Assembly: GCA_054600435.1 (NCBI GenBank)
Contig: BAAIJX010000003.1
Span: forward strand, 620,001 to 684,000
DNA: 64,000 nucleotides
Direction of reading: 5' to 3'
Source of the DNA: Neophaeotheca triangularis
Lineage: Eukaryota
The translations under genes and the position numbers were made by a program. The notes below the pieces were generated by a model. That model did not search any database. It saw only the letters and a list, made by a program, of their open reading frames with translations, and had not been told where the DNA came from. Below, one piece after another: positions 20,101-31,736 of this stretch (the stretch's first letter is position 1; each line of letters starts with the position of its first letter).

Positions 20101-22892
20101 GGAGCATGCGAGACAGCAGGTCTATGGACGAATCGCCTGTGAGATTGGGTGCCAGTGGCATACCAGTTGCGGACGATCCCTTGCCTGAAATTGGCCATTA
20201 CGACTCGAAATCCGATCTCACCACCAATCCGTCCATCATTCAAGGGCCTCTTGGTGGCGAGGCATCAGGCAAAGGCGAATGGCCTTATACCCCTTCGCCA
20301 CATCGCTCAACGCAGAAAGAGCTCAGTAGCAGGGGTAGCAGGGAAAGTAAGTCGGCACAGAGTCAGCGCAGCGGTCACGGCAACGGGACTGCTTTGCTGG
20401 GCGCTGCTGCTGCTGGTGCTGCTGGGCTCGCTGCCGGTCACGCTATGCGGAAGAAAACAAGTAACACTAGCAGCGCGTCAGGGTATTCAAAGGGTCGCGA
20501 GGCCGGTGTGGAGGATGGCTACGACTACGACCGACGTTCCACACCATCCAAGTCCGGCCAGGGTTACGAAATCGATCGAGAACAGACACCTACCAGTGCT
20601 GTCGACATTCGTGATGAGGGATATGTCACCGATGCTCGAGGTGCTAGGTCTGTCGGTGCCATCACTCCCAAGGGAGAACAGCACCAATATGGTCGCAATG
20701 ACATCGAAGAGTTCAACCGTACTATGGATGCCCAGGACCTTGGCGATGAGGAGGATCCTTTCGTTGGCAATGAGACGCGACCTCGCCATCTCAGCGGTGA
20801 CTCTCACGGAATGGCGCCGACCTACGACAGCGCCACGGGCCAGGGCAAAGATCACATCGAGTCCAAGGATATCGTCGCGCTCATGGATCACCTTACCGTC
20901 AGGGATGCTCAAAGGAATGCTCGTGATACCGAGATCTTGGTCACGTTGGTTCGCAGCGCTGCCGAGATGAGACAGAATTTCGACGAGATGAAACGTTACA
21001 TTGCCGAGCAGGACAAGTTGATCATGCAGAATACCGATCGTGGCGCGGACATGACTATCAAGCAGGTCCTTGGTGGTCCGCGACCGCAGCCTAGCAGCTC
21101 CCCGAGAACATCCCGAGAGCAGGCGAAGTCGTACAATTCGCAAGAAGATGTTCAAACTAAGCGCAAGGGCATGCTCCGACGTGCTCTCAAGGGTTTGACA
21201 GGAGGCAAGAGTCACAACGACCTCGCCAAGGTTGAGGACATGCTCATGCAAATTCTGGACAATGTCGAAGATCTCAAGCATCAAGGTGTTCCACGTCAAC
21301 CTATGGATTCGTATGCCAGCGACAGCTTGAACTCGTACGAGCAGTTGCGAAATGCCCCTGATTCTGGCTATGAGCCCGAAGGCCACGCGGGAACGAACAG
21401 CACGCCGAGCAACTCTGGCCACTTCGCCATGACGCCTCGGAGTGAGAAGCAGCAATTTCACTCTGGCTACAATGGTCGACCAGGGTCGGAAAACAGAGTC
21501 AGCACGGTTCATGAGGACGACGAGGACGAATTGGAGCCACACGAGATCAACGCTTTAAACCATCAATTCGAAAACAACGAGCGGATGATTACGCCCACGC
21601 AAGAGAGCTTTCGCAACGGGCAGCTTTCCCCGACGAAGAGTTCACCGCGTTTCAACGCACAGCCGCAAGAGCTTACGCCGAGGAGCGCTGACAAACAGCG
21701 GAAGCATACTTCGAGTGGCTCTTCAGCCTATGGAGCTCCAAAGGTGTCGAGGTGGTCAAAAACAACCAGCTCTTCTGCTGCGCCAGACTCGGCTACTCTC
21801 GATAGCTCAAACTTGACTCGGAATGCTGGACCACAAACAGCAGCCTCGAGGTCAGGCTCTTCGCTTGGACAGCTCTCTGACGAGCGGTACTCTTTGCAAG
21901 ACGATGATCGTCTACGCTCGACTCAATCTCTTGCTCGAGAACAGGAAACCCGCAGCGTTCGCAGTCAAGCAAGCAGGCTAACCCGAACGCCCTCTCCGCT
22001 CATCCCATCGGAGGCCTCTTACAGCCGCAGTTTTGATGACGAGGGTCCACAAACCTCCCCAGAACAGCACGACTCAGACTATGCTTTCGACGATCCCAAG
22101 TACCAGGCCCACCGCAACTCACTGCTGCTGCAACACCCCCAGCCGCGTGCGGGCCCAACGCCTCGTCACCAAAACACCCTCGAGAGCCAGGCGCAGCAAT
22201 ACGACGGCCCACCCGGCACCGACAGCGACCTCTCACAACGCACCGTCAGCGACTTCGACCCCGCAACCTGGGGCTCCTCAGGTACAGCAGCGCTGGCCCG
22301 CAACCGTTTCGTCGAGCCCGATGTCCAGAGTCCCGGCAGCAAAGACGATGGCCCCTTGTTCCCACAGAAGTCGCAGCCGTCTAGACAGCAGCCACAACAG
22401 CCACAACAGCAAACAAAGCCACAAAGGCGTGAGTATGAGGACGACGAGGAAGAGGACTGGCAGCCACAATACAGCAACAGCGGATACGCGAAGAACCCAA
22501 GTCGCATGTACTACACCTCGCCGCTGGGAAGCGGCCACTTGCTTGAGCCGATCGAAGAAGTACGGTACTCTCTTGAGACGGACAGCGGACATGTAAGCTC
22601 ACCGCCCTTGACACCACCCCCAAAGCCATTCAACAGTAACTCGCCGCTAATCCCCAAACCCCAGCTTTCCCCCGAACCGGGTGTCAGCGCTTCCCGCGCC
22701 ACAAACGGCCGCTCCGCTTCCAACGGCGGCGCTCGCAAGATCACGGGCCCCAGGCCCATGGGCAGCCCAAGGAGCCCGCAACCGCAGGCGCAGACTTCTA
22801 AGCGCGAGCAGCCGCGACGTGAAAACAATGGGCTGGGGACTGTGAGAAGGAAGCCGGTTAGGGGGACTAGTTTTGATTCGGAAACGTTTTGA
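17133..22892 (+). CDS. Large (~1,900 aa), mostly disordered conserved fungal protein with a central coiled-coil block; probable in-frame intron 22593-22664
   Basis: Single long ORF; conserved-looking blocks SQTSLLIEYFE and KDIVALMDHLTVRDAQRNARDTEILVTLVRSAAEMR; GTAAGC...GCTAAT...CAG 72-nt intron. Confidence 0.8.
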   Translation: MGLDTRRPPLPAPTDASSLDDTTSALGTDVVTNVSKRTDKTSYSVPEDGRAITINTEKARGNRDHGLGGHRRKKSQTSLLIEYFEAAKKGDNVKSKPSVRVRVTPSSKKRRGDVGEGDSVKITGIGKDRKPSYTRRISLGSSRQAGAGAHTALEGTEVSQSSGSNLSGQPPIEVEVMGNDSELSTGKSSRGLLYAQNESNISSLPPESMLEGSEETQRSRSIDRIGDEESLADDGGVDHLKAPTRSRSRSLSRERITQKVMEKLGQQQQQQQFSKPRKSSKSSNDRSTSRDYDYSRERRRRSSKSNQLEGDAVSGAESSLLSKPTDSQLSYRSGTSQGSRISNNPKLLEMVEDTIKRMILPEIDSIRENQRTDRNNRSYKDKRSASIPIKEGYEPGSVERTVSKSSSTPNITGRPKVVLNQDGDDPGTVLSRGDSERVKSRKSSRDNSERPSSRRSSGGRRSSYGYDDEESVRHKSSKSSRGLRDVAAAGAAGAAGGALTSAALKHHESQSDTHDTHEKRKKRSKSRSSRSRSASIAETTEDAYGKEREAIPPMPMASRIGDSDLTRDSILSSATEGQESTISPDIRTPIREVSRGSLGEAMSPSSARTPTGDSPGGLGMSHANRSLDSPNSISNRARLAGLAAAGLGGATLAKGVSDHRDRQVDADGYGTQSPRRDLGSPAQSVSSLRKQYDDDPLIPSGLRPRSAASRSSGGHSQTKHSSKTSLKSTDSSPRNKLTKSRKTSDQTGGDEFVTPMEAPQPGTPGYIREGTRTPNGESVDEWYDRQHAENDRYRNSLDDETTNRDSYQTNSDSYGTNRGSFQSNNDSYQTNRDSYQTNPYPEDSKRFTNYTDESYDEGPADKTSSAQNLQGVGANPEYVHTPQGVESNVASLVGPSTVDGSGLQSSLYSEQGKRRSGTEAYSDRMSEHLRDMGHDEDKSAMYEGSTASQNEPSQNRWSAIKNQAKALSSASDASPDRVAKMSSPQQSPARSMRDSRSMDESPVRLGASGIPVADDPLPEIGHYDSKSDLTTNPSIIQGPLGGEASGKGEWPYTPSPHRSTQKELSSRGSRESKSAQSQRSGHGNGTALLGAAAAGAAGLAAGHAMRKKTSNTSSASGYSKGREAGVEDGYDYDRRSTPSKSGQGYEIDREQTPTSAVDIRDEGYVTDARGARSVGAITPKGEQHQYGRNDIEEFNRTMDAQDLGDEEDPFVGNETRPRHLSGDSHGMAPTYDSATGQGKDHIESKDIVALMDHLTVRDAQRNARDTEILVTLVRSAAEMRQNFDEMKRYIAEQDKLIMQNTDRGADMTIKQVLGGPRPQPSSSPRTSREQAKSYNSQEDVQTKRKGMLRRALKGLTGGKSHNDLAKVEDMLMQILDNVEDLKHQGVPRQPMDSYASDSLNSYEQLRNAPDSGYEPEGHAGTNSTPSNSGHFAMTPRSEKQQFHSGYNGRPGSENRVSTVHEDDEDELEPHEINALNHQFENNERMITPTQESFRNGQLSPTKSSPRFNAQPQELTPRSADKQRKHTSSGSSAYGAPKVSRWSKTTSSSAAPDSATLDSSNLTRNAGPQTAASRSGSSLGQLSDERYSLQDDDRLRSTQSLAREQETRSVRSQASRLTRTPSPLIPSEASYSRSFDDEGPQTSPEQHDSDYAFDDPKYQAHRNSLLLQHPQPRAGPTPRHQNTLESQAQQYDGPPGTDSDLSQRTVSDFDPATWGSSGTAALARNRFVEPDVQSPGSKDDGPLFPQKSQPSRQQPQQPQQQTKPQRREYEDDEEEDWQPQYSNSGYAKNPSRMYYTSPLGSGHLLEPIEEVRYSLETDSGHVSSPPLTPPPKPFNSNSPLIPKPQLSPEPGVSASRATNGRSASNGGARKITGPRPMGSPRSPQPQAQTSKREQPRRENNGLGTVRRKPVRGTSFDSETF

Positions 22893-23933
22893 AATGCTCC
22901 CATGTAAGAGGGCGTGAAGGGAGGACAGGAGGAGGTGAGCTGTGCAGGAGTCGGGGATGGAAATGAAAAGGGCGTGGTTGAAGGGATGGGAGGAGTATAG
23001 GAATGGGTGTTGTGCCGACACTACTGAGATGACTACGACTGTTGCGCCTGAATGCCGATGACGATGATGATGATGGCGTTTGGGATCTCAACAACCTTTC
23101 TCCCCTTTCTTCTTTGAAAGCGGTTGCGCGTTCTCGCGTGTCGTATACCCCCTTTCGTTTGCTTGCGGCATTTTTTTCCCCCCTCCTTTTGCTTAGTTGG
23201 CTGGGGATGGGGTAGATAGTGCGTAGTGTAAGCGGTGTTGTACTCTTCTATTCAGTCTTGCAGGTGTTTGATGCTTTGCTGTTTCACGGGCGACGACTAT
23301 GAACCATCTAGATGGCCCTTCCTGAGCAACGACTGAATGTCACGTGGAATCCAAATAGATAGAGAGAGAGAGAGAGTCTGACTGGCCGGAGCCTTCTTCC
23401 CGGAGTAACGTCCGGTCATTAGCGCGTGCATCTTATCGACCAATAACTGACTCTGCTGCAGTAGCAGGGCATGAGCGGAGGCTGGGCGCCACGGACTTCA
23501 CAAGGCGATCGGGACGCTAGGAAAAAGGTTCCCGACGACGTCAGATGAAAGTTTTGAGTGGCTGTCGATTGCTTTTTTCGTGTATTCAGGTGGCGGTGCG
23601 GTGCTACCGGATGACGCTGGCAGCAGTCATAATACTCATCACCCACTGAATAATGGCACACGCGTGGTCTAACAAATCCGTCTCATCACATCAAACACTC
23701 GTCACGCGTTTGGGAGCGAGGAAGTCAGGAGGGAGTAGAGGCACTTGTAGCGAAGTTTTGCTTTCAACAGTACCTACCCTACCTACCCTACCCTACCTTT
23801 AAGTTAACCCTGTAGTGATCCATCAACTCCATCTTCTCCACTACCTCCCATCAACCTACTGTATTATTGTATTCAACTTCAAACTCAATTCGCTTCCTCC
23901 GAACAGCCTACAGCCCTACACGCTCCAACAATA

Positions 23934-25009
23934 ATGTCCTCCTCAGACGGGGCCAGCGTAGACATCGGATCCACGCGATCAGCTTTTCAGGCAGTCTTCG
24001 CTCTCGATGTCAGCACCGCAGGCATCGCCCTAATCCTCCTGGGCCTGGCGAGCCTGCCGACATTCAAACGCCTAAAAGAACGCCGCCTCTCCATGCCAAC
24101 CAAGCGAAGTGGCTCAGATACACCTCTGAAAACCACGCTGGGAACATATCTCTTCCTCTGGCCCGCTCTCTTCTGCCTCGCCGCCGCCTACACCTTTCAA
24201 TTTGTCACGGATTTACTCCAATCCAGCGGGAGCATTCAATACAATGGCGACCTGCAACTCAAAGCGCGTTTCCCTGTGGAAAACAACAGCTACGGGTACA
24301 GCACCTCGGTCCTCTCCTTCGCAACCTCCCTAGCCCTCATCTTCACAACTATCCTCCTCAACGGCGGCGTTTGGATCCACTCCAACCATGTCACCTCTAA
24401 CGGCACAGGCGTCAATGGCCCCGGCACCATGTCCAAGATCGTCAACACCCTCGAGCTCCTCCTCATGCTCGCCATCGGTCTCGCCGCTTGGGGCCGCGGC
24501 ATGTACGTCCGCGACTCTCTACAGGAAGGCTCCCGCACCTGGTCGGACGCCGTCGACAACGACCTCCCCGCCCGAGCGCTCTACACGGCTTTCCGCTGCG
24601 TCGTCATCGCGGCCTCCATCAGCGTCTCCATCGAAGTCCTACGCCGCTACGCCTTCGTCAAGAACAACAGCTCCAAAAACGTAAGCCACAAGCCCAGAGC
24701 AGCCTCCCAAATCCCATACACTCACTAACAAGCCACCTCCCCTTTTAGTCCTCCGAGCGCAAAAACCTCGTCCGCTTCGCCGTAGTAATCGTGCCCCTTA
24801 TCTGGATCCGCAACGTCTTCATCGTCGTAGACATTGTCCTGGTCTACATCAACACCAGCGGCTGGTCCACGGCTTCCAACTTCGCTCTCGTCTTCTTGCT
24901 CATCATCTTCGGGCAATTGGCCAACCTCACCATCTTGGCCATGGTCTTCTGGGGCGCTTGGCGCATGGGCAAGACGTTGAGTGTTTTTGGTGATCAAATG
25001 TCTTCTTGA
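23934..25009 (+). CDS. Multi-pass (about 7 TM) membrane protein of unknown function; intron 24681-24748
   Basis: GTAAGC...CTAAC...TTTTAG joins ORFs 23934-24728 and 24791-25009 in frame; several hydrophobic helices. Confidence 0.7.
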
Positions 25010-26712
25010 TCGGGCCAATAATGGGAATAGAGAGGAGTTTGCTGGGCGCGGTCAGACTAGTTGGGATTTGCATTTGTCTTAGCGTTCAGCGAGTTTGTGG
25101 TTGATGGGATACAGAATGGGTCAATGGCGGCGGGCACACAATGGAACAGGCGTCTCAGGCGAGGATTGGGGGGACACATCGTTTCGGAATTGCTCCAGGG
25201 AATAGGAACTTCGGTCCTTTGCTGGCAATGCCGAGCTAAAGCAATCTAGCAATCCGCAGTGCAATGTAATCGAGCTCGGCTCATTGACAACCATCCATAC
25301 GCTGCTGTCCCGTATTACTGGAGATCCTACGCTGGACCAAGAAAGGCGCACGAGGAGGGGAGAGGGGGCCTGGGGTTAGGCCTAAACTTCTCAGCACCAT
25401 CACACTGGCTGTATTGTTTAGAAAAGCAGCCTACACAAGAAAGCCAATCAAGAAGCCAAGAACAGTGACCTTGCTTTCCACCCCTCTCCCCCGGAAAAGA
25501 AAAGAAGAAAACCCCCCTCCCCGCTCTGGCGAGGTGCACGTATCATCCACCGCCACCAACAGCCTACTGGTAGATTGGGCCAATGAAACACGACAAGCAC
25601 CACCCAAGTACCCGCGCCCAACGAACCAGGCCTGCAAGTTAAGACCGCGAGGAAGCAGTGCCGCTCCGACGAGCCCGCGACTCCCAAACCAACCTTGTCC
25701 TCTTGGGCCGCCGTTTCCGAGGCCATCCGCCATGCAGGACCTAGACTCCCACGCGGCGAGTTTTCGAATTTCTGGGCTTTTTCTGCGGGATTTGCACGAA
25801 CCCTTGGGTTTTGTGAGCGGGGGATAAGGGGGTATGGGAGCGTTTGCTGGTTTTTTTTTTTTTTTCTTGTTGTTGTTGGTACGATGGCGTGGGTTTGGGG
25901 GGAGTTTGGCCGGGCGGTTTGAGGCTTGTGTTGAGGTCACCGAGATGGTGGGTTCGGCTCTGGGAATGTTCATGGATTTGGCAGAGAAGGTGTGGGGTCT
26001 TACTTTGTCGAACTGGATCAGGGGTATTCCCAGCGAGAAGGCTGTTGAGGGGGTTTTGATGTGGCTGCGGGGAGTTTGAAGGACTGTGAGGGAGCCTGAG
26101 CTGGTGCTGGTGCTGGTGCTGGTGCTTGTGTTAGTCGTTTTGGTCCATGATGTTTTCTAGGGCAGGGTCCTGGGTTGATTAGAAGGTCCCAGTGGCCGGT
26201 AGGTTCATGGCTAACAGCCACCGACCTCAAAAACAGCAAAAAGAACCCTCTTTTCCCGTTAAGTACTGAGGGAGAAACACCATTTAAATGCACCCGATAT
26301 TTATATGTATATTAGGCTGGTTTTTACTTATCCAGTGGCGGCGCGAGGAATCGAACCCACGCCGGAACTTGAGGCAGCTAACCATGAGGAAGCGTTTGAC
26401 GGCTTAACCCCGACCCCTCCCAACTACCTCGTGTTTTTTCAATCCGGTCACCGAAGTTTGGAGCCAAAGCTTACAAATCTTGCTGCACCTGTTGTATATG
26501 TTGTTTGGATTATTTTGGTGGCTGGGATTGGTGAGTCGGACCTTGGCATCTTCACAAGGGGCGAAGGTGGCATTCATCTTTGGAATTTCGGAACGGAGCA
26601 TCGATACGGCATTGCTTGAGGATGAGAAGTAGTTCAGAGATCGAATCGGGAAGGGGCAAAGCGCTCGACCAGAGCTCACTGCACGAAAGGCAATTCGTGC
26701 TATGCAAGTCTC

Positions 26713-28092
26713 TCAGTTGCAACTGTCTCGACCGGTCTGTAAGAGCGCCTGAGTCTCCGCATCGTCTTGACGGCGAAGGGAATATCCCAGACTCGAACGT
26801 CGCCTGACCCTCTCAACTAAAACCGGCAAGCGAAGTCCCCAATGCCACAACAGACCAGCCAAAAAACCCGCCGCATCATTCTTGAAAGCCAAACAGCCCG
26901 CGGTCGTCACGAGCAGTACCATCCAGCGCTCACCTCTTTCCCGCTCGTTGGCCTGCCTAGTCTTGAAAACCACACTGCCATCCTCCCTCTCCTCTTCCGC
27001 CCGCTCCCACAGATCTAAACCCTCGCCCACACTCTGCCCGACTTTCGCCAATTCAACGCCAGCAGCCAGGACCATGATGCCGAGTAGACTCTTAGGGAAA
27101 TGCTGGAGCAGAGGAACGATGGCATCGCCGACAAAGAGTCCTACCAGCAGTTTCGCGAGCCCGAGGAGAATGATGCTCGCACCACTCCGTGCACCGAACC
27201 GGTATTGACCTGCCAACCCGCCAGAGCCGTGGCAGATGGGCATGGCACCGAAACTGCAGCCGACGAGGTTTGCGAAGGCGATGGAGAGCCCGAGTGCTGT
27301 GGTGCTTGGGGGTGGCGGGAATGTCGGGAAAAGAGAAGCGGACAAAGACGTCACGGCTAGGACACTGTTGAGGGTTGTGAGCGGGAGTTGTGGGATTGCT
27401 GCTTCGATGGCACCCGTGCGCCAAGTAGTGCTGTTGGTGGGAATCGAAAAGCTGGGGCGCCAGAGCGTCCAGGTGTAATTGTCGTGGTTTGGGTCGGTGG
27501 TGTTGACCATCGCGGCAATAACGATGGCTATCGTGGTGACTACGAGGGCGTAGGGCACTCTTGGCAGTAGTGCTGCTATCAGCAATAGTATGAAGGCTCC
27601 TATTGCCCAGACCCTGTTGTCGTAGCCAGGGGCTGTCCAGTCCAGAGGCAGGATAAAGCTTGCTCCTGCCGAGATGGCGAGACTGAGTCCTGCTCCTACT
27701 TGAATACCTTTGACGACTGGCACGGGAACAACACGATTCAGCCATCTCAGTAGACCAGAAGCGCTGAGTATGAGCACGGCGATCGCTACTGTCAGACCAG
27801 ATGCCGCGGTCTCGTCTTGGGTGAAGTGCTGGCTTATCGCAATTGATGCGATGGCTTTCATGGGCTGAACTGGCAAAGGGACACCGAATGTGACACCAGT
27901 GACGATGTTCGCAAGGCCGGAGAATACCAGGGTGCTGGAAAGACTGATGGACCTGTTGACGGTAAGAGCTATCATGAGAGGCAGTAGCGTGCCTAGGTCT
28001 CCCAACGAGCCAGCGATCTCCTGGAGTGGCGATCTAAGGAGAGTCTGAACGTTGTGGCGATGTATCTCGCGGAGTTGGTCGAACACCGCCAT
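26713..28092 (-). CDS. MOT1-family molybdate transporter
   Basis: GSLGDLGT, PLPVQPMKAI and FGAMPICHGSGGLAGQYRFGARSG signature motifs; ATG at 28092. Confidence 0.88.
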   Translation of the reverse strand: MAVFDQLREIHRHNVQTLLRSPLQEIAGSLGDLGTLLPLMIALTVNRSISLSSTLVFSGLANIVTGVTFGVPLPVQPMKAIASIAISQHFTQDETAASGLTVAIAVLILSASGLLRWLNRVVPVPVVKGIQVGAGLSLAISAGASFILPLDWTAPGYDNRVWAIGAFILLLIAALLPRVPYALVVTTIAIVIAAMVNTTDPNHDNYTWTLWRPSFSIPTNSTTWRTGAIEAAIPQLPLTTLNSVLAVTSLSASLFPTFPPPPSTTALGLSIAFANLVGCSFGAMPICHGSGGLAGQYRFGARSGASIILLGLAKLLVGLFVGDAIVPLLQHFPKSLLGIMVLAAGVELAKVGQSVGEGLDLWERAEEEREDGSVVFKTRQANERERGERWMVLLVTTAGCLAFKNDAAGFLAGLLWHWGLRLPVLVERVRRRSSLGYSLRRQDDAETQALLQTGRDSCN

Positions 28093-28816
28093 AGTTGTGA
28101 TCAATGATTTAAATCGGCTATCGGTGTTTAAGCGTGATGATGGTCGAGCCTCGATAAGCAGCGAAGAAATATCATGCTATTAGGTTGGGAGCAAGAATGG
28201 ATGGGGGATGCGAGGATGACGATGACCAAAATATCTTAAGTCATAGGTTCGTGGGCTAGATATGTTGCAGGGTGTCTTGGAGCAGTCTGTAGAAAGTGAA
28301 TAATGAAGCAAGGCCAAGCTTCGAGTTGAGTCCAAGTGAAAGTAATCGGCGGTCCGTGCACGCCGACTGACTAGCACGCCTCAGGCATTTGCCCTACCTT
28401 CCCTTCGTCTCGAATCCTCATCTGATCGCCATGCTAGTACGGTATCTTAGGTAGGTAGGCGGTGTGTTTCATCGACAACTTGCACAACACATGCTCGCTG
28501 CTGGGATTGAGCGACGTTAGCGAACCTAGGAGACAGAGGCATGTGATTGAATAAATTTGACCAAGGCAACCGCATTGCCCGATGTCGCTCGGCAAGACAT
28601 GCACCGACGACCCCGCCCATCGCCAGTCCGGCTACAGCGACAACATCCACTCAAGTGGTCAATGACAATATTGCTGTAGGTATACTTGATCTCTTTGGAC
28701 TATAGCTGCTTTGGAATCGGCAATCCGTTGTCTCCAAATCCGCAAGACCCTCTAGAATTCCCTACGTGGAGTAGCGAAAAGACAAATACCTTTATTTTCT
28801 GGTCGTGGTCATCACA

Positions 28817-29725
28817 ATGCCGATTCACGATCTTAGTGGCAAAGTCGTCCTGCTCACGGGGATTGGCTGCGTAGGCGAAGGCTGGGGCAATGGCACAACG
28901 ATCGCAACGGTATTTGCTCGTCAAGGCGCCGTCATCTTCGGCTGTGACCTAAACCTAGACGCTGCGAATAAGGGAGCTCAACAAATCAGGGATGACGAAG
29001 AAGTAAAGAAAAGCTCAAGGAGTGTTGGTAGTAGCGTTGTCGATGTATTCCAGAGTCCAACCGTGAGTGGCTCATTTGAAGATGGTCGTGGGCCTTATGC
29101 TAACATCAATCAGAACGTAACGAAATCCGACCAATGCCAGGCCTTTGTCGACGCTTGCCTCCAGAAACACGGCCGCATCGATATTCTCGTCAACAATGTC
29201 GGGAAGTCAGAGCCAGGGGGACCGGCAGAGATGACCGAAGAAGTGTGGGATGCTCAAACCGACGTCAACCTCAAATCGGTGTATCTGATGTGCCACCTCG
29301 TCCTTCCGCTGATGGAAAAGCAAGAAACAGGCGGATGCGTGCTGAACGTCAGCTCCGTGGCTGGTTTGCGGTATATTGGCAAACCCCAAGTGGCGTATGC
29401 AGCGACCAAGGCGGCGATCATCCAGTTCACTAAGACGACTGCTGTCATCTACGCGCAGCGCACTCAGGGAAGAGTCAGGTTGAACACCGTTATTCCCGGG
29501 TTGATCAACACACCTCTCGTATCGGTGTTGGCGAAAAAGTATGCTGGAGGGGATGAAGAGGGGTACAGAAAAGTCAGAGATCAACAAGTGCCCATGGGTA
29601 GGATGGGAACGGCTTTTGACGTCGCGTACGCTGGCCTCTTCCTCTGCTCTCCTGAAGCAAACTACATTACCGGTCAAGAAATTGTTGTCGACGGGGCGAT
29701 TACAGACAGTACTGGCAGGATCTGA
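28817..29725 (+). CDS. Short-chain dehydrogenase/reductase (classical SDR); probable 51-nt in-frame intron 29063-29113
   Basis: TGIG...GNG cofactor loop, NNVG, NVSS, YAATK catalytic motif, ITGQEIVVDG. Confidence 0.9.
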   Translation: MPIHDLSGKVVLLTGIGCVGEGWGNGTTIATVFARQGAVIFGCDLNLDAANKGAQQIRDDEEVKKSSRSVGSSVVDVFQSPTVSGSFEDGRGPYANINQNVTKSDQCQAFVDACLQKHGRIDILVNNVGKSEPGGPAEMTEEVWDAQTDVNLKSVYLMCHLVLPLMEKQETGGCVLNVSSVAGLRYIGKPQVAYAATKAAIIQFTKTTAVIYAQRTQGRVRLNTVIPGLINTPLVSVLAKKYAGGDEEGYRKVRDQQVPMGRMGTAFDVAYAGLFLCSPEANYITGQEIVVDGAITDSTGRI

Positions 29726-30372
29726 GGGATTATGGGGTGATTAGATCTTACGAGATTTAATGTCTCCGCAAGTGCTGTCTTGGGATGTAGAAATTCTCAA
29801 GGCTCAGTTGCCAAAGTCTTTTCCACGCCACAGTCTTTTTCACGCGAACGAGACCAATTTTGACGGTCAATTGAGCCAGACCAAGTCTGGTGCAGTATAT
29901 ATAGCTCCTGTCGACTCTCGTTATAACACAATACACTTTTAATTTGACCTTAGGGGTCCTCGTTGCATTTGTATGTACCGCCAATGGAGCGGAAGGACGG
30001 CGATACATTCAGTAATTTTGTAGGGGAATCTCAACTCATCCAATCGCATGCTATGTTGACACAATCAGCAAGCGTTCTGGTCTGTTGCAGCAGAGGTGAA
30101 GATTGTAATAAATGTTGGTCGTCTACCTCCATACTATCAGAGTGTTGAGGGTGAGGTCTGGCCCGGCAACCGTCTGGAGTTAGAGGCCGACATCGGCCCA
30201 AGGCCATTGGAGCTTTGACACGCGTGAAACTCAAGAAACTCAGGACAGCCTGGAATTTTTGCTGGACTCATTCAACACCCTCACCCATACCCTGATCCTC
30301 TCATAAAGAAGCCGTTAATCAGCTCAGTCCAACCCTCCATTCGTTTCATTCCCATCAACCACCACTACCACA

Positions 30373-31736
30373 ATGTCCGCCTCCCGTGGTGCCAGCAAAG
30401 CCCTGCGCGCCTCCGCCAGGCAATTGAGCACTGCGCCCCGTGTGCAGCAGCGCACTTTTGTTTCCGCCGTCAACGCTGCTTCCAGACCCAGCGTTGCGCC
30501 TGCGTCTCGCACCGCTTTCGTGCAGCAGACGAGGGGCAAGAAGACTGTCGACTTTGCCGGTGACAAGGAGGTCGTTTACGGTGAGTCACCCGAACTAAAG
30601 CCATTGGCATGAAGACAGCCGGAGAGGAGGATATCCATGCAGTAGACCAGGACGCTGACTTGAAAGCGAATCAGAGCGCGCCGACTGGCCCAGAGAGAAG
30701 CTCCTCGACTACTTCAAGAACGACACCCTCGCTCTGATCGGTTACGGCTCGCAAGGCCATGGCCAGGGGCTCAACCTCCGCGACAACGGCCTCAATGTTA
30801 TCGTGGGTGTGCGGAAGAACGGCGCAAGCTGGAAGGAGGCCCAGCAAGACGGCTGGGTGCCTGGCAAGAATCTCTTCGACGTCGACGAGGCTATTGGCAA
30901 GGGTACCATCATCATGAACTTGCTCAGTGACGCTGCGCAGAGTGAGACTTGGCCCCACATCAAGCCCATGTTGACCAAGGGCAAGGTGAGTGGATAATCG
31001 TAACAGCTACCCTTGGGAAACTGGAAACTGACATTTTGTCCAGACTCTCTACTTCTCCCACGGTTTCTCCCCCGTCTTCAAGGACCAGACCAAGGTCGAG
31101 GTTCCCTCTGACATCGACGTCATCCTCGTCGCCCCCAAGGGCTCTGGCCGTACCGTCCGTACTCTCTTCCGTGAGGGCCGTGGTATCAACAGCTCCGTCG
31201 CCGTCTTCCAGGACGTCACCGGAAAGGCCGAGGAGAAGGCCATTGCCCTCGGTACCGCCGTCGGCTCCGGCTACATGTACAAGACGACCTTTGAGAAGGA
31301 AGTCTACAGCGACCTTTACGGCGAGCGTGGTTGCTTGATGGGTGGTATCCACGGCATGTTCCTTGCACAATACGAGGTTCTCCGTGAAGCCGGCCACTCC
31401 CCCAGCGAGGCCTTCAACGAGACCGTTGAGGAAGCCACTCAGTCTCTTTACCCTCTCATTGGTCAGAACGGCATGGACTACATGTACGCCGCTTGCTCAA
31501 CCACGGCTCGTCGTGGCGCCATCGACTGGAGCAAGCGCTTCAAGGAGACCCTCAAGCCTGTTTTCCAGGATCTGTACAAGAGCGTCAAGGACGGTGAGGA
31601 GACTAGGCGTACTATGGAGTACGCTGGTCGTCCCGACTACAGGGAGGCTTTCGAGAAGGAGATGGAAGAGATTAGGGAGATGGAGATCTGGCGTGCCGGC
31701 AAGGCTGTCAGGAGCTTGAGGCCCGAGAACGCCTAG
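30373..31736 (+). CDS. ILV5: Mitochondrial ketol-acid reductoisomerase; introns 30581-30674 and 30986-31043
   Basis: Mitochondrial presequence; LIGYGSQGHGQGLNLRD, FSHGF, VAPKGSG, SDLYGERGCLMG, ACSTTARRG. Confidence 0.97.

Noticed and set aside
20487..21542. 351-aa antisense ORF and many similar overlapping ORFs
   Set aside because: Shadow ORFs of GC-rich real genes, with no motifs.
25732..26079. Possible small two-exon gene (MQDLDSH... / ...LMWLRGV)
   Set aside because: A donor is present but there is no convincing branch or acceptor and no recognisable homology.
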